Positions 13,807-27,900 of a stretch of DNA of 64,000 nt are shown here, piece after piece (within the stretch, counting starts at the first letter, position 1; each line of letters starts with the position of its first letter). Origin of the DNA: Camelus ferus (Eukaryota). Both the position numbers and the translations under genes were made by a program. The notes under the pieces are model-generated. The model ran no database searches. It was not told where the DNA came from and was given only the letters and a program-made list of their open reading frames with translations. The stretch is from assembly GCF_009834535.1 (NCBI RefSeq), contig NC_045696.1, positions 10,480,001 to 10,544,000 of the forward strand, in the 5' to 3' direction.

Positions 13807-14225
13807 AGTGCTATATAAAACTCGTCCATGTAGGAAAGTAAGTCTCTGAGAATCCACAAAGTCTGCTCTCTGTACAGTGTTTGCTGACAATTACTTCTGA
13901 GTCCAGGCCATTTTTTTGGACCAGTCTATTGGCACTCTGCTCAGATTTTACAGTATCTCAGTTTTTATTCCTCATTTTAAATATTTCTGCTTGCCACCAT
14001 TTAAAACCTTTTTTTTTTTTTTTTTTTTTTTGGTATATCAGTGAACACAAGAGGTTGAAAACCATACCTCCAGTGGCCAACTACTTCCTTTTTTTAAGCA
14101 TTAAGGCCTTTATAAAGTAGCAAGTTCCCAATACGGAGTCTTTTTGCCAAGTGAGCCTTTAAAATTCAGCTCTTTGGTTGTTTATGCTTACCCCACTGTC
14201 TGAGAGTTCTCGATTTGGGGTTTAC

Positions 14226-14507
14226 TCAGGTGGTCTCGGTCCTCGTTTGTGTGTTGCTCTGATCCCCTTCAGAGGCAGATGTGAGAAGCAGGGGGTCACC
14301 GTGCCCAGCTGAGTGTGGTCCCTCCTCGGAGACTAGTTCAAAGGGTCCCTGCCCAGACTGGATCCTGAGGCTGCAGCTGGCACCAGGATTCTGCCTGTGG
14401 CTTTCAGATACTTCTGTGATGACACTCAGTTTGTCAAAAACTTCATTCTCATCAGACAGTAGGAAGGAGAATGAGAGAAGTGTGCTGTGATGAGGATGGC
14501 CCAAAAA
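14226..14507 (-). CDS. IL10RB: IL10RB exon 7 (cytoplasmic tail, to stop)
   Basis: Acceptor TTTCCTCCTGCAG|; FLGHPHHSTLLSFSFLLSDENEVFDKLSVI...TETT*. Confidence 0.95.
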   Translation of the reverse strand, partial: FLGHPHHSTLLSFSFLLSDENEVFDKLSVITEVSESHRQNPGASCSLRIQSGQGPFELVSEEGPHSAGHGDPLLLTSASEGDQSNTQTRTETT

Positions 14508-17500
14508 CTGCAGGAGGAAAAAAAAAAGAGTTAATTATCAAAGTTTCCCATTCTTTTTTCTGGGCTCATGATTTTATATAGAACTCCTGGCTGGAAGACG
14601 CTGTTTAAAAAAATGTGACAACAGCAATAAGACAGTTCCTCAAAAAATTAAAAATAGAATTATCATATGATCCGATGGTTCCACTTCTGGGTATATACCC
14701 AGAAGAACTGAAAGCAGGGTCTTAGAGAGATATTTGCACACCCGTGTTCAGAGTAGCATTATTCACAATAGCCAAAGATGGAAGCAGCCCAAGTGTCCAT
14801 CCACGATGACTGGATGAACAGAAGGTGGTCTATACGTGCAATGGAATACTATCCAGCCCTGAAATGTAGTCAAGTTCTGATAAGCTCTACAACACGGATG
14901 AAGCTTATGCTAAGTGAACTAAGCCAGATACAAAAGGACAAATACTGTATGATTCCACCTGCATGAGGTACCTAGAGCAGGCAAACTCACAGCCAGAAAG
15001 TAGAACGGTGGTTGCCAAGGGCTGCGGGGAGAGGGAGATGGGGAATTTTGTTTAATGGATACAGAGTTTCTGTCTTATAAGACAAAAGGAGTTCTGTGCA
15101 TGGATGGTGGTGATGGCTGCACAATGTGAATGTACTAGAAGACCACTAAAATGGACACAGAAGTGGTTACGATGGTAAAGTTTACGTTATGTGTGTTTTA
15201 CCACAATTTTAATATTGCGACAATAAATCTGCACCTCATCTGCTAAGTGACCACAGGTCTGCCTCTCACAGTTCCTCTTGTAAGCCAGAGGGTGATTTTT
15301 CAGGACGATCAAGAAGCTGTGTGGCTGACACAGCCTGGGCATCCTTTCCTCTAGGAAGCAAGGATGTTGCAGGCACGGGATAGATGTGTCTTGGAAAAAC
15401 AATCTCCTGTGTGTCCTCACACTGAGTTGGGGACCCTCTTTGGTGCTACCCAGTGTCCAGTGGGCCCCACGCTGTCCAGTATAGCAGCCACCAGCCACAC
15501 ATGTGGCTACTACTTGAAATGTGGCTGGTCTGACTCTATACGTAAAATACATACCAGATTTTGAAGACTTTTATGTAAAAAGACTGTAAATATTTCAACA
15601 ATTGATCACATGTTGAAATGATATTTTGGATACACTGGGCTGCATGAAATGTATTATTAATATTAATTTCATCTGTTTCTTTTTACTTTTTAAAAAACCT
15701 GGCTACTAGCAAATTTAAAACTTAGGTGCTGTGTTTCCATCTAGCACGTTTTACGGATGCTGACTCTTCAGTGTGTCCCGTCAGCAGACGGGCAAGTTAC
15801 AGACAGGAACCAGTCTAATTATCCTTGTCACTCCAACACTTCAACAATGAAAATGTCCATATATGTTTCCTGGAATATCCCCTGATTTCACATTCTCCAT
15901 TTTTCATCCTTGTAGGTCCACTAATGCTTTTAATCTTCAAGATGAGATGGAGAAACATTCCTTAAAGCATTGCATTTTTAACCTCTCCCCCCCTGAGTTG
16001 GTTATTCTTTAAGTCACCTGTCTGCTCCCTCTTAATGTCATCTGTACATTCTCTAGACCATGGTTAATGGATTCTCTACATGATGAGTCAAACTGGAGAA
16101 TTTCATGATGTGAGGAACCCCATCTGCTCCAGAGTTTCTGGGCGCCTCCCTCTCCCTCACTCCCCTGGCCCCTCTCCAGCGCCCCCACCTGTATTTCTCA
16201 GATATTACAGGGGCTGGTCCACAGTCACGTCTGCAAAGTCTTCCTGCCTTGAGGGCAAGAGCTGCTTCCAATGGGCCCCTTAACTACGCTGGTCTCTGGC
16301 TTTGATTTGCCTGGCAGCATGCTGTCGCCCCGTCTGTCCTTTCCTGTGTGATGACACGTCCCTTTGATGGTGAAGCCAGAAGCAAAAATAGCAGGTGAAC
16401 AGTTTTGCTTCCTCTTTGTTCTCCATTTACAAAACACCTTCTACCCAGAGCAAAGGGCCCGCACCTCTTTATTCTCCCTGCTGCAAACGTGGCTTCTCAG
16501 AAGCCCACCTCTGGAGGATTCTTGGCTCTTTCTGGTGCTGCAGTCTCACGGGCACTCTTGTTAGAAGGTTCTGGCTACTCTGAAACTCTTGCCTGTGGTC
16601 ATGGGGCCCACCTTCTATCCACACTGGAGGCTGTGCTGCCCACACTGGAGCTGAAGTGGCTCCTAGTGGAGTCCCTGTCCAGGAAGGCAGCTGTCTCAGC
16701 CAAGGGCACTTGTCCTCCCCAAAGCTGGCCTGGAGCAACTGACTGGCTGGTGTGCGGACAAGGCCTGACATCAGCTATCATGACAATATGGGACTAGGAC
16801 CAGGAAAGCAAGAAGTGGCAAGGCCTGGGTAAGACATATGTACTTCAGAAGGTGGGACCCTTGTCCAGTGAAGATTCAGGGACCTCCCACATCCGTTTTA
16901 GCGGTCCCATGGAATAGGCCATGCCAGGACATTCTCTGCAAAGGAAGGGACTGATTATCACGTCTCACCGCCCATCGCTAAGAAGGAAGCACCATACTAG
17001 GTGGGTTCCTTAGGGCTCTGGGGGCAGGATGTTCCACATCTGGAACACGACTCCAGTGTGTTTACTGACTGAGTGACACAAAAGGCTGCTGGCCCTGAGG
17101 GGGCCCGGAGCAGGAAAGGGCCCCACAGATGGTCTGGGCTTTGGAGCAAGCTGCCCTGGCCACATCCCATGCTGGTTAACACCGGGGTACGAAGGCCTGG
17201 CCTCATCTCCAGATGACAATGTGTTAACTGAACCCAACAGATGTGAAATGGCTGTGAGACCTGGGAGATCCCTGAAGGGCCTGTGGTGGGAAAAGACACT
17301 GTGTAGAGCTGATGGCAAATCCCAAGAGAACCACAGTGCGGGTCACTACAGTTCTGCGGCCAGGCTGCCGTCTGCAGCGGAGGATTGCACCCTGTTGGCA
17401 AACAGCTCCTGGATCATGGGCTATGGGAACCTGGGAGAGACAGAACCTCCGGCCACAGGACGCCAGGTGACCATGCCACCTAAAAGTAACCATCACGAGG

Positions 17501-20500
17501 CTTGTCAGACCCACCAGGTCCTAAGGTGGGGTCAGAGGCTGCATGTGCAGGTGGCCCAGCCGACCCCCCTCATCCGCCCCTGCTGCCTCTGCTCACACCT
17601 TGACCTTGGTGGGGGATGAGTCCTATGACTCGCAGGAGGGAGAGGCCAAACATGGCTCACAGGGAGGTCAGGGTGGCACGTGGGTGCAAACCAAACCTGG
17701 CCTGCCCCGGACAGCTGTGGTGAGGACAGCGCCTCCAACTGGCAGAGCTTCGGGCTGTGCGTCTGGTCACCTATCCTCTCTGTATGGAAAGAGAAGCAGC
17801 CCAAGGCCAGGTATCTGTGGAATCCCAGGCAGGGCCCTAATGGCGAGGTTGGCGGTCATGGGCCCGAGGAAGGGAGACCGGAAGGCGAGGGAGTCCGGGA
17901 AGAGGCGTGTGGCTGGACTCTGGGAGCAGCTCCACGTGGGGAGGTCTCAGGACCACATACTGACTCCGAGACCCACAGCGGGGTCCTCTGTCCCTGGAGC
18001 AAACGTTCTGTCAGGCCTCAGCAGTGCCGGCAAGGCCCTGCAGGACAGGTACGGCTGATCATTCCCCAAACAAGTGTCAGCTCCAGTCGGGGTGCACTGG
18101 TGCCCCTTCCAGAGTCTGGGCCTCGGAATGTGACCCTGTTTGGAGATAGGGTCCTTACAGAGGAAACCAAATTAAAGGAGCCCCTTAGGGTGGACCCTGG
18201 TCTGATATGACTAGTGACTTAAAGAAGAGGAAATCTGGACACAGGAGAACACCACGTGAAGACGAAGGCAGGGATGGGGTGAGGTTTCTACAAACTAAGG
18301 CACCAAAGATGACCAGCAGCCTCCAGAAGTGAGGGGAGCGGCCGGAGCAGCTTCGCCCTTACGGCCCTTGGAAGGAACAGACCCTGCCAACACCTGCATC
18401 TTGAGCTTCCAGTCTGCAGGGCCTTGGGACGATGTGTGTCTGTTGCTTAAGCCTCCCAGTGTGTGGTGCTTTGTTATGGCGGCCTGAGCTGACTAACGCA
18501 CGCCCTGCGTTACACCATGTCAGGCCCCGGGACCCAGTGATGGCAGAGGAGGCCAGGAGTGGCTTGGTATCCGCGTGCTGCACCTCCCCCCAGCGGCTGC
18601 CAGCCTGGAAGGACAGTGGCCAGCCTGCTGAAGGTTGGAGCATGTTGTCCCCTGGCACCAGGCATGCACCGAGACTCAACGACAGTATGTGATACTGTGT
18701 CCCCAAGAGGTTTAGGGACCAACAGGTGGAAGTGGGAGTGGCCCTGCCCACCCTCACTCCCAGTGATGCTCCTGGGAGCCGGTGCTCCGTGTCCACGCAA
18801 TTTTAGGTTCTATGCGCTCAGAGCTGAGCTCAGCAGACTACAGCCCATGGGCTAAATCCATGAGCATGGATTGGTTTCAAAGGATGGTTTTAAAGTTGTA
18901 AATGATTACATGTAAGTGGTTCTATAGGTATCCACATAAGATCTCAATCTTGGCTTCAAAGCCTAAATCAGTTACTTTGTGGCCCTTCAAGGAAAAGTTT
19001 GCTGACTCTGATCTAGAGGGTTCTCAGAGGGGACGTTTCCACCAGGGGACACAGTAGGGGTCCCACTAAACTTTCAGTTATAGCGGCCACCTTCTCATGT
19101 CAGGCTCCTTGTGCCAAGAAACTAGCCGGCAAGGAAAGGAGTCAGCACATGGGTCATTGGGAGGAGAAAAGGCTGCTGCCACGTGATGAGGGGCACCCAG
19201 CTGAGTGACAGGGCACCTAGTGGCACTGAGACGTCCCCTGTCCTGATGGCAAGTGGAGGAGCAGAGCAGCCCAGACCCATGCGGCCCCGTGAGCAGAGGC
19301 TCAGGCTTTTAGCACTGAGGGTGTGAGATGCCCTGTGAGGTCAGCAGGGCTAGTCAGGGGAGAGGGGCCTCCAGCAGGGACAGCAGAGCAGCGAGACAGT
19401 GAATGTTACCCGGGACCAGCTGCAGCGGTGGGGCTGGACCTTGTTCCGTTAACCTTCCTCTTGTAACTTTCCCCAGGAGAAGAGATCAATTCAGCTCCTG
19501 GAGGAACTGTACCGTGGGTCCCGGTGGTTTACGGGGTGGGCTGGAGTGGATGCCGCAGTAAGCCACCCGGACCTCCTTCAGCAAGGAGGCACGCAGTCCC
19601 CTGGCTGCGGGAGCAGGGCTGCCTCCCTGCTGAGGGTCTCCCCACGAGTTCCTGCGCCCTAGTTTCGCCTCCCTCCTGGGGGTAGCCCACACCCAGCCCA
19701 CGGTTAACATGGGACCCACAGGCCCTCTTGCCTCAGCTCGGGTCATCTCTAAAGAGCCACCCCAGCTCCAGAGCCCCTGTGGGATGGCAGAGACCTCTGT
19801 TGTGACAGCATCACATCTCAACATTCCCCTCCTCCCAGCCTGCTAACCTCGCTCCCTTAGAGGTATTACTCCCAAAGCTACTCCTCATTAAGCCTTCTGA
19901 ATGCAAACCTCCATCTTAGAGTCTGTTTCCTGGGGAATGAGACTGAAGATTGGGTCTTCTGGGGCTGGGCTTGGCACAGTTTCATTTCTAAAGGTGAGTG
20001 TATAGCCAGAATTTCATTTCTTAAGGCTACGTCTGTCCCACTGTCTCTACCCAGGTACATCCCTTCTTCCTTCTAAACCCTTTGAAAATAGCTTTCTTAA
20101 AAAGACAGAAAAAAGAAAATTGCTTTTCTAGTCTCCGAACCGCCTCCCATCATTTTTGTCGCTCCCAGAGATCCCCAAACTGAAGCTGCTCCTGCCCCTT
20201 CTCCCAGCCTCTCCCCTGGCTGTCTGCTGGCACTCAGCCTAGTTTTCTCTCCCTTATCTTCTCTGCTCTGAGCTCTGCCTTGTCTTTTCTTGTCCCAGGA
20301 TCATCACCTTTGCTCCCTGACATCCCAAGGACAGGGAAGGTTGGAGAAGGAACAGCGTCCTGGCTGGAGGGAGGGCTTCTGGAACAAACCTTTGTCCTCT
20401 CCCACAGGACAGTTCCATGAGCACAGATGTCCCTGAAATGGCCCCAGGGCTGGGACCAGCATGTGTCCTTTCCAGGAAAGTCCGCTGTGCTGAGTTAGGC

Positions 20501-23500
20501 GGCCCTGACTTAGAAGGAAAACTCCTTCCAGCCAGCGTTTCTGAACCCACATCTGGCTCCACGGTACCACCTACCTCTTTCAGGTGCTGTGGAAAGGAAT
20601 ACCTCGGGGAGAAGGCGTACCGGGCCTTCCTGTACAGGCAGCGCAGTGAGGCGAGGCAGCCAAGGAGCAGCAGGAAGGCGGCACACACCGAGGCGGCCAG
20701 GACACCGGCCACGAGCCACGAGGGAGTGGTTTCTGCGGGGATGACGGGCTGGGTCATGTTCTTGTCATGCACAGATTGGATGACAGTGCCCTTAACACTA
20801 TTTTCACCATCACAATACAATGGCAAGCCCAGAAATGGGGCCCAACATCTTGGAAGGTGTGTGGGGGATACACAGCAGCTGTTCGAGGATCCAGAGGTTT
20901 GCAAGCCTCTGTCCTCTCCCTATCTTCCTCCAACCTGGGCTTCGGCATGACTGCTGATATACACAAGCAAGCACTCTGACCTGCTTTACTCACAGGGCAG
21001 CCATCAGCAACCTGGTCTGGATAAACCTCTTGTGGCTTAAAGCAAGAAACAGGACTCCCTGGGTCCCCAGAGCCCCACTGAAAAACACGTGCTGCAGTGT
21101 TCTGTCCTGAGAATCACACGGACCACCCCATCCAATGGCCTGCACTCAGAGACTCTCAGGCCAAACCCTGGGCCCACCCAGCGCCCCCTTGAGCTCCTGT
21201 CTGGAAAAACCCAAGGCCGCCAAAAGATCTCACCTTTGTTCTGCCAACCTTCCTTTCTTAGTACATTTTCATAAAAAGCTTAGGACTGTAAATCCTTCCT
21301 CTGTCCCTTTGAGACCTACACGGATCTCCTACAACCCAAGAGTGTCTTTCTCAAGGACCTGAAAGCCATTCCTCTGAAATGGGGAAAAAGTGGGCCCCTG
21401 TCTCTGAGTCTCAGTACAAAGGCGGAACCCATCTGACAAATACCGTTGAGCGTTAGACACAGACAGCCTGCCCGCATCCATACTGACCAGCCCTCTCACC
21501 AGTTTCTGTCATTTCTCACTTCCCTGGCTCTCTGCTCTCTTCCCCTCCTGGTTCCCTATTCTTCCTTCAAAACTCCCAGCTCTTTCCCCTCCTACAGTTG
21601 TGATTGACTCAAATCAGTTTTTACTGCTTTAATTGATGTCTGGCTTTATCTTTGATGGTGTCCAGGATGTCGTCCCGGGTGGTCCAGCTCCCCTCATTCA
21701 GCCCCTTGGCCAGCCGCCCTCCTTGACCTCTCTATGACCAACCCCTGGCAGCCAGAACCACCCTCCTGATCCAAAGCCAAAGCATTTGGTGAATGGGCCC
21801 AGCCCTGTGAGAGCAAGTCGTTTTAAGGGGATGGTCTGTGGGAAAATGTCAATTCTTACTCACATAGGGCTGATCAAAGAACCCCGTAACAGCACACAAT
21901 CCCGGAGCGACACTGACTGCAGTCCCCTGCGGGCCCCTCCCAGCACGGAGCGGGGTGCCCGGCCACAGACACCCCTTAAACACTGGAGGATGGATATGGC
22001 GGTCATAAGGGGTGAGAGGCTTGACGAGCCCGCCTCCCTTCCCTCTTCGTCCTCTTACTCTGCAATTCACGCTGGCAGTGGCCTCACAACCTTTCTAGCC
22101 TGTGCCCTTGCCGAGCTCAGAGGGACTCATCCTGGGTCCCTCTGAGTTCTTGTTTCATTTACTAGAATCGAGGGGTGCACTTCTTGCATGTTCAACTCAG
22201 ATTTGTCTCCCTGGCAGACGCAGGGTATTGTGGCGAGGGAGCCGGCGGGGGAGGCCCCCAGGCTATCGCCCAGCTGTAAACAGGAGGCCAACCTGAGATC
22301 TGATGTCCCAGCTCTGGAGGAAGTTCCAGGATCCTTCTCATCCATCCGTCTTTTCATTTAATATTTCAGCGGTTCTCTAATTTGCCATGAATCAGAATCA
22401 CCCACTCAACACTGATTAAATGTGGACTGCCAAGCCCCTCCCTGGCATGGTTGGTGACACTGTGATGAACCCCTGGGCGGCAGTGCCTGGGTGTCCTTGG
22501 GTCCCAGGCCCAGACATCGCAGCATCTTAGACAAGAACATTCCACGAACACACGTGGTTGATGGTGACAAAATACAAAGGGTGTTTCTGTGACTCACCCC
22601 GAGGGAGAAGAGGGGGGTGGAGAGGACCCTGCTTTACACAGGCTGTGAATTGTGGGGGAATTGAGTAATCACACCCTCTACAAAAAGCTCTCCAGCTGGT
22701 TTCAGTCTACCCGACCACGCTGTCGGCTGGACCCCTTTCTCTGTTTCACCCGCAGGGAAACGGCACCTTCACTTACCTACGGAATTAACCTGTAGGCAGT
22801 GGGCACAGACATTACTTCCCTCCTGTCATTTACTAGCTGAGCGCCACTGGGCAAGTTACTTCACCTCTCTGAACCTTCACCTTCCAGTCTGAGGAAGGGG
22901 AGAAGGCCTTCCAGTGCTCTCACTAAAGACCTGTTGTGAGGTTTAAATGAGAGAACTGTTTCAACGAACCCAAAATGATGTTTGATGAAAGCAGGTTTTC
23001 AATGGGCTATACTTTCCTTTTTCCTTTCTAGAATGTTTGGACTTTGTCAGTTAATGGGTGATCATTTACAATCATGAAATATTTCTCTTTTTGGTCAAAC
23101 TGTGTGCCCCATGCCATGTTTCATGACATAAACCTTAAGGAACAACTAAAGATATGAGATGAATAATGTCCTTATTAATAATAGTGATGGCTAATACGTG
23201 CTGGGGCTCACTCTGCGCTGGGCACTGTCTGGAGTCCTCCCAGCACCAACCCTCCTGTGTGGTAGCATCATTTTATTTCCCCCATTTTGCAGATGAAGTG
23301 GCTGGGGCACCAGGCAGTTCAGGACTTGCCCGATGTCACATGTTCTGGAGTTCATGGTGGGGAAGGACAGGCCACAGGACAACCGGGCTTGTACTCAAGG
23401 CTTGGGGGAAGCAGCCAGCGGGTGTTTAGAGGAAAGAGGAATGATTCCAAGGTGAGGGCCTCTAATGATTCAAGCAGGATGCAGGTTCCCAAGGTACAGA

Positions 23501-24962
23501 ATTCTGACACGTGATTCAGGAGCGGAATAAAATGGTAGGCTTTTGTTATTTAAAGGCTCTGTTGAGAGGCTCAGCCACTGCAGGAGGAACACGGGCTGAC
23601 AGAGGTGGGGCACTTGGGGGCGACAGAAAAAGAAAGGAGAGTGACAGAGAATTCCCTCCAGAGACACAGCAAGAATTTCCATCTTCTCTGTGGCTCTGCA
23701 ATCCTGAGAAAATTTGCTAATACGATTGTAAAAGGGTTTTGGATGACACTGAAAAGAGCACGTGCATGGGACAAGTGACAGAATCCTGGATTCGGGGAAG
23801 TAATTTGTGCATTTACAAAATATGGGGAAAAAAAAACCTCAACAACAGCAAGATTCAGGAAACTACAGGCTGGTAAACTTGATGCGATGTCCAGAAAGAA
23901 AACATGAACATTCCAGAATAGATCGTTAAGGAGCTAATGACAAACACTTAAAAAAGATACGGACAGCAACTAAAAATAGTAGCATGAGGGCACCAAGAAG
24001 TTAGCGAATAGCGGCTGCCTTTCCTTTTTCCAGATAGAATTACTTATTGGCAAATAATGGCATATTATGGGCAGGTTTTTCCCAAGCTGTCTTCCTTGGA
24101 ATGCTCATCCTCAAAAAAGGTGTTGAAAGATCTAATACGCTAAAAATGTTATTAATATAGAGGGTGACTTTTCTGAGAGGGAAAAGTGGGGTACCATCAT
24201 TTCCAAGCACATCTGACTACCAGGCTCTTGCTTTGTGAAATGTCCGACAGCCACTCCTGGGACACTGCTGGGGCGGTGCTGTGCTTGGCACTGGCTGTCG
24301 ATTTTAGCTGATACTAGACTTTGCCAAAGTCTTTCACGGTGACTTTGTGGATAATAAACCAAAATAGCGCATAACAGTCCACGATATTCAGATGGATGGG
24401 GGACCAGTAAGCAAGCAGTTGAGTAGTCTAAAGGAGGGTGTGTCCTAGACACACCAACAGTTTAAATAACAACCTGGTGAGGATCCTGAGGCTCTTCCCA
24501 GCAAATCAGATGGTGAGACAGAGCAAAACCGGGTGAGAAATATGTTCAGTGACAAAAACCAACATTCAGGAACTTGAAATGATGAATCAGTGTGATGGCA
24601 GCCCCGTGACCGCCTCAGAACTGCAGCCACACAGAAGATGAAAAGCTGTGCACTCTCGCCGGCGGGAATTCTTTACTCTCCGTTGTGTTTCTGTGGCCCC
24701 TTGTTCAGCGCCTTGCTTCCAGGAGGACCTCCGTGAACGCAAATGGCCAGGAGCAGACCTGCACCCGTGCATCCTTTCATGGTCTGAGCTGGCTGAGCCT
24801 CTGGATGTCTTTAAATAGCAAAAAGGCCTCTCATTTGTGTGCAGACATCCAGGCTACAAGTTTTTATCACCTCGTATGCAATTGCAATGCGTCTGTGTAC
24901 AAATAATCAGGGTCCAGGCCAGCTGGTACCCTGCCTTTCCCTCTTTTCCTCCTTCCCTTCCT

Positions 24963-24994
<32 letters not shown>

Positions 24995-27900
24995 TTTTAA
25001 GAAACACCAAGTGTTGGGGCACTCTGCCAGACGCTGCAATACACGTCATATGTGAGGGATGGTGATGAGGTCCTGGTGCCAGCATCCACGAGGGACCCAG
25101 AAAGCGGCTCGCTGAGGAGAGTGAGAGAGCCTCCGAACTCCCAAGCATCGTGTCTGGAAAAACTGGAGATGTGCAGCCTGGGAAGGGAAGGCTCCTGGGT
25201 GTGTGTGCCAGGGCGCGACCTTTGCTGGGTGGTCTTGGGAGGACTGAGACTTGTTTCAGGGAGCCCCAGGGGACAGAACCAGCACATTGGAGGGGGCCGC
25301 ATGGAGGGGGACCTCAGCTCCCTGGGTAGAAGGACTTGCCTTTAGTCTCTTTGGTCTAAGAGTGAATGAGTTGCCTCAGAGGGTGGCGATCTCCCTCCCG
25401 GCATGAAGTAGTCAGTCATGGGGTTTTGGTGATGTCTCAGGAGCTTTCCAGCCCTGATAGTTGCTGGGAGTCTATAAAGCTCTGAGGGACGCTCAGAGAG
25501 GGGGAGCTGCGGATGGTGCATCTTAAGACTCACCATCATTGGTTGTTTGTTCACAGACCAGCTCACTCCATTGCCCCGTTTTGTTCCGATCAGGAAGAAA
25601 TCCTTGAACTTGAACACAGTAAGTTGTCCATGACTCAAGATTTCGGAGGACTTCAAAGTCGTACTGACAAGTAATTGTATACTATAATGGAGACAAAAAT
25701 AAGAACATGCCTCAGCAGTAAAGGGGCACCATCTTTTCTTTCCTTCCCCAACACTCACCAGTTCTAATCTTCACTTCAGGAAGCAGGTGCTCCTCCCAGT
25801 TTATGTCAGGGCACCCTGATACCATTCTAAGGGAGAGGCAAGGACTGACAGTCCTCACAAACCATCTCATTTCCTGAATTCTCTAGTTTAGATGACATAC
25901 AAACCATCTTACTTTCTTTGTTTTGTTTTGTTTTTGGAGGGGGAAGGGGGATGTAATTAGGTTTCTTTATGTATTTTTTAATTAATTTTTTATTTTATTT
26001 TTTAGTGGAGGTACTAGGAATTGAACCCAGGACCTTGTGCATGCTAAGCCTGCACTCTATTGCTGAGCTGTACCCTCCCCCATGTCTACTTCCCTTAAAA
26101 AAAAAAAAAGATAAAGCAGCTGAATGGGTTGAATTTCATCCTCCTAATATTCATATGTTGAAGCCCTAACCCCTGGTACCTTAGAAGATGACTTGGTTGG
26201 ATAGAGGGTCTTTGCAGATGTAATCAAGGTAAACAAAGTCAGCAGTGGGGGGCCCAATCCAGTCTGACTGGTGTCCTTGTAAGAAGAGGAGATTTGGACG
26301 CAGACATGCACACAGAGTACCACATAAAGATGAAGGCAGGGGTCAGGGTGATGCCTCTGTAAGCGAAGGACCCAAAGATGGCCAGTAGCTACCAGCAGCC
26401 TGGACCAGATCCTTCCTCATGGTCTTCAGAAGGAACCAATCCCACAGACACCTTATCTTGGACTCCCAGCCTCTAGAACCTCGAGATAGTACACTTCTGT
26501 TGCTGCAGCCGCCCAGTTCAGTGCACTTTGTTTCAGCAGCTAGCAGGCACACAGACACCTACAGCAAGACTCAACATGATTTTCTAAGTTGAGATCATGT
26601 TTTCCTCGGAACCACTTCTCCACTCATGCAGCTGGGCTGCCCTCCCCCAGGGCTCACCTCTCCTCGAGGGCACACGCCACAGCCTGCCTCCGGTGGGGAT
26701 ATCCTGGACTCATCGTAGCTTGATTGGAATAGCATAATTGGTATCATTAATTGATGACATATTTCTGAATTTGAGAAACCAAGATAGTTTCCGGCAAAAT
26801 AAAGGAAATTAAAAGAGTACGTACGGCCTGTATTTCCAGCATGGTCATAATTTCCTTACAGAAGGGTCTTATGTAAAATTTGTTATGTGAATAGGAACTT
26901 CACAGTAAGTGAGCGCAGACTCCTTTTTCACTTTGGTAATTGGTTATTCTTCTTTGGGCCGTTGGGCTTGCTGACCTCTTATCTCTAGTCCTTTACTGTA
27001 TGAGAAGCTAAGCTCACTGAGGTCAAGAACTGGATCATACTCATAGAAAACATGCAGAGCACAGTATAACTTCTAATAATGAAAAACAGAAGTAAGAACT
27101 ACCTCTCCCCTCCCCCAGCTGTCATTTCTAGAAATCCAATACCTCTAGCACCTTACAGTGCAATTTTTTCAGGACTAACCTCAGAGGCTGATGCTCAAGA
27201 GGCAGACAGGGAAGAGAGTGGCGCAGATGTGAGGGGGCCTGCTCAAGTCCCCTCCGCCTGCTTTTCTAGCCTTCCTTCACTTCTGGACAACTGCTGGTTG
27301 CATCTTCTCACTTTCTCCCTTCAGGAAGAAACAGAATTTCCAAAAGCCTTTTATGTTTTCAGCTCAGGGACCTACTAGGGTACCTGCTCAGGGACAGACA
27401 CCTGCATGCGAAAAGGGAACCACAGTGCCTTATGGCTGCTGCAATAGAATGACACAGACTGGTGGGCTGGGTGGCTTATCAACAACTGACATTTATTTCT
27501 CATGGTTCCAGAGGCCGGGAGGTCCAAGATCAAGGAATGGGCAGATCTGGTGTCTGAGGAGGACCTGCTTCCTGGTCTGTAGCTGGATCTTCTTGCTGAG
27601 TCCTCACAACGTGGAAGGGATGAGGGAGGGAGCCCTCTGGGGTCTCTTCTGTAAGGGCACTAATCCCGTTCACGAGGGCAACACCCTCATGACCTAATCA
27701 TCTCCCAAAGGCCCCACCTCCTGATACCACAAAATTGGAGATTAGGTTTCAACACATGAATCTGTGGGGTGGGTGTGGCGGGTTGAGGGAACACAAACAT
27801 TCAGTCCATAGCACATACGAACTGCTAAAGGTAACACCGCAGGCACCTGTGAGGGGGGCGCTGGGGAGCACGCAGCCTTTCCAATGCTCTGCATGTCACG

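Noticed and set aside
14009..14031. A23 run in the IL10RB 3' UTR (minus strand) as a transcript end
   Set aside because: Genomic homopolymer with no upstream hexamer; it would cause oligo-dT internal priming rather than mark a real end.
16000..19900. Dense overlapping ORFs of 100-176 aa on both strands
   Set aside because: GC-rich intron 6 with LTR relics; no recognisable domains, and stop-poor by composition.
20254..20904. 216-aa ORF spanning IL10RB exon 6
   Set aside because: Only 20575-20732 is IL10RB-like and bounded by splice sites; the flanks are intronic sequence open by chance.
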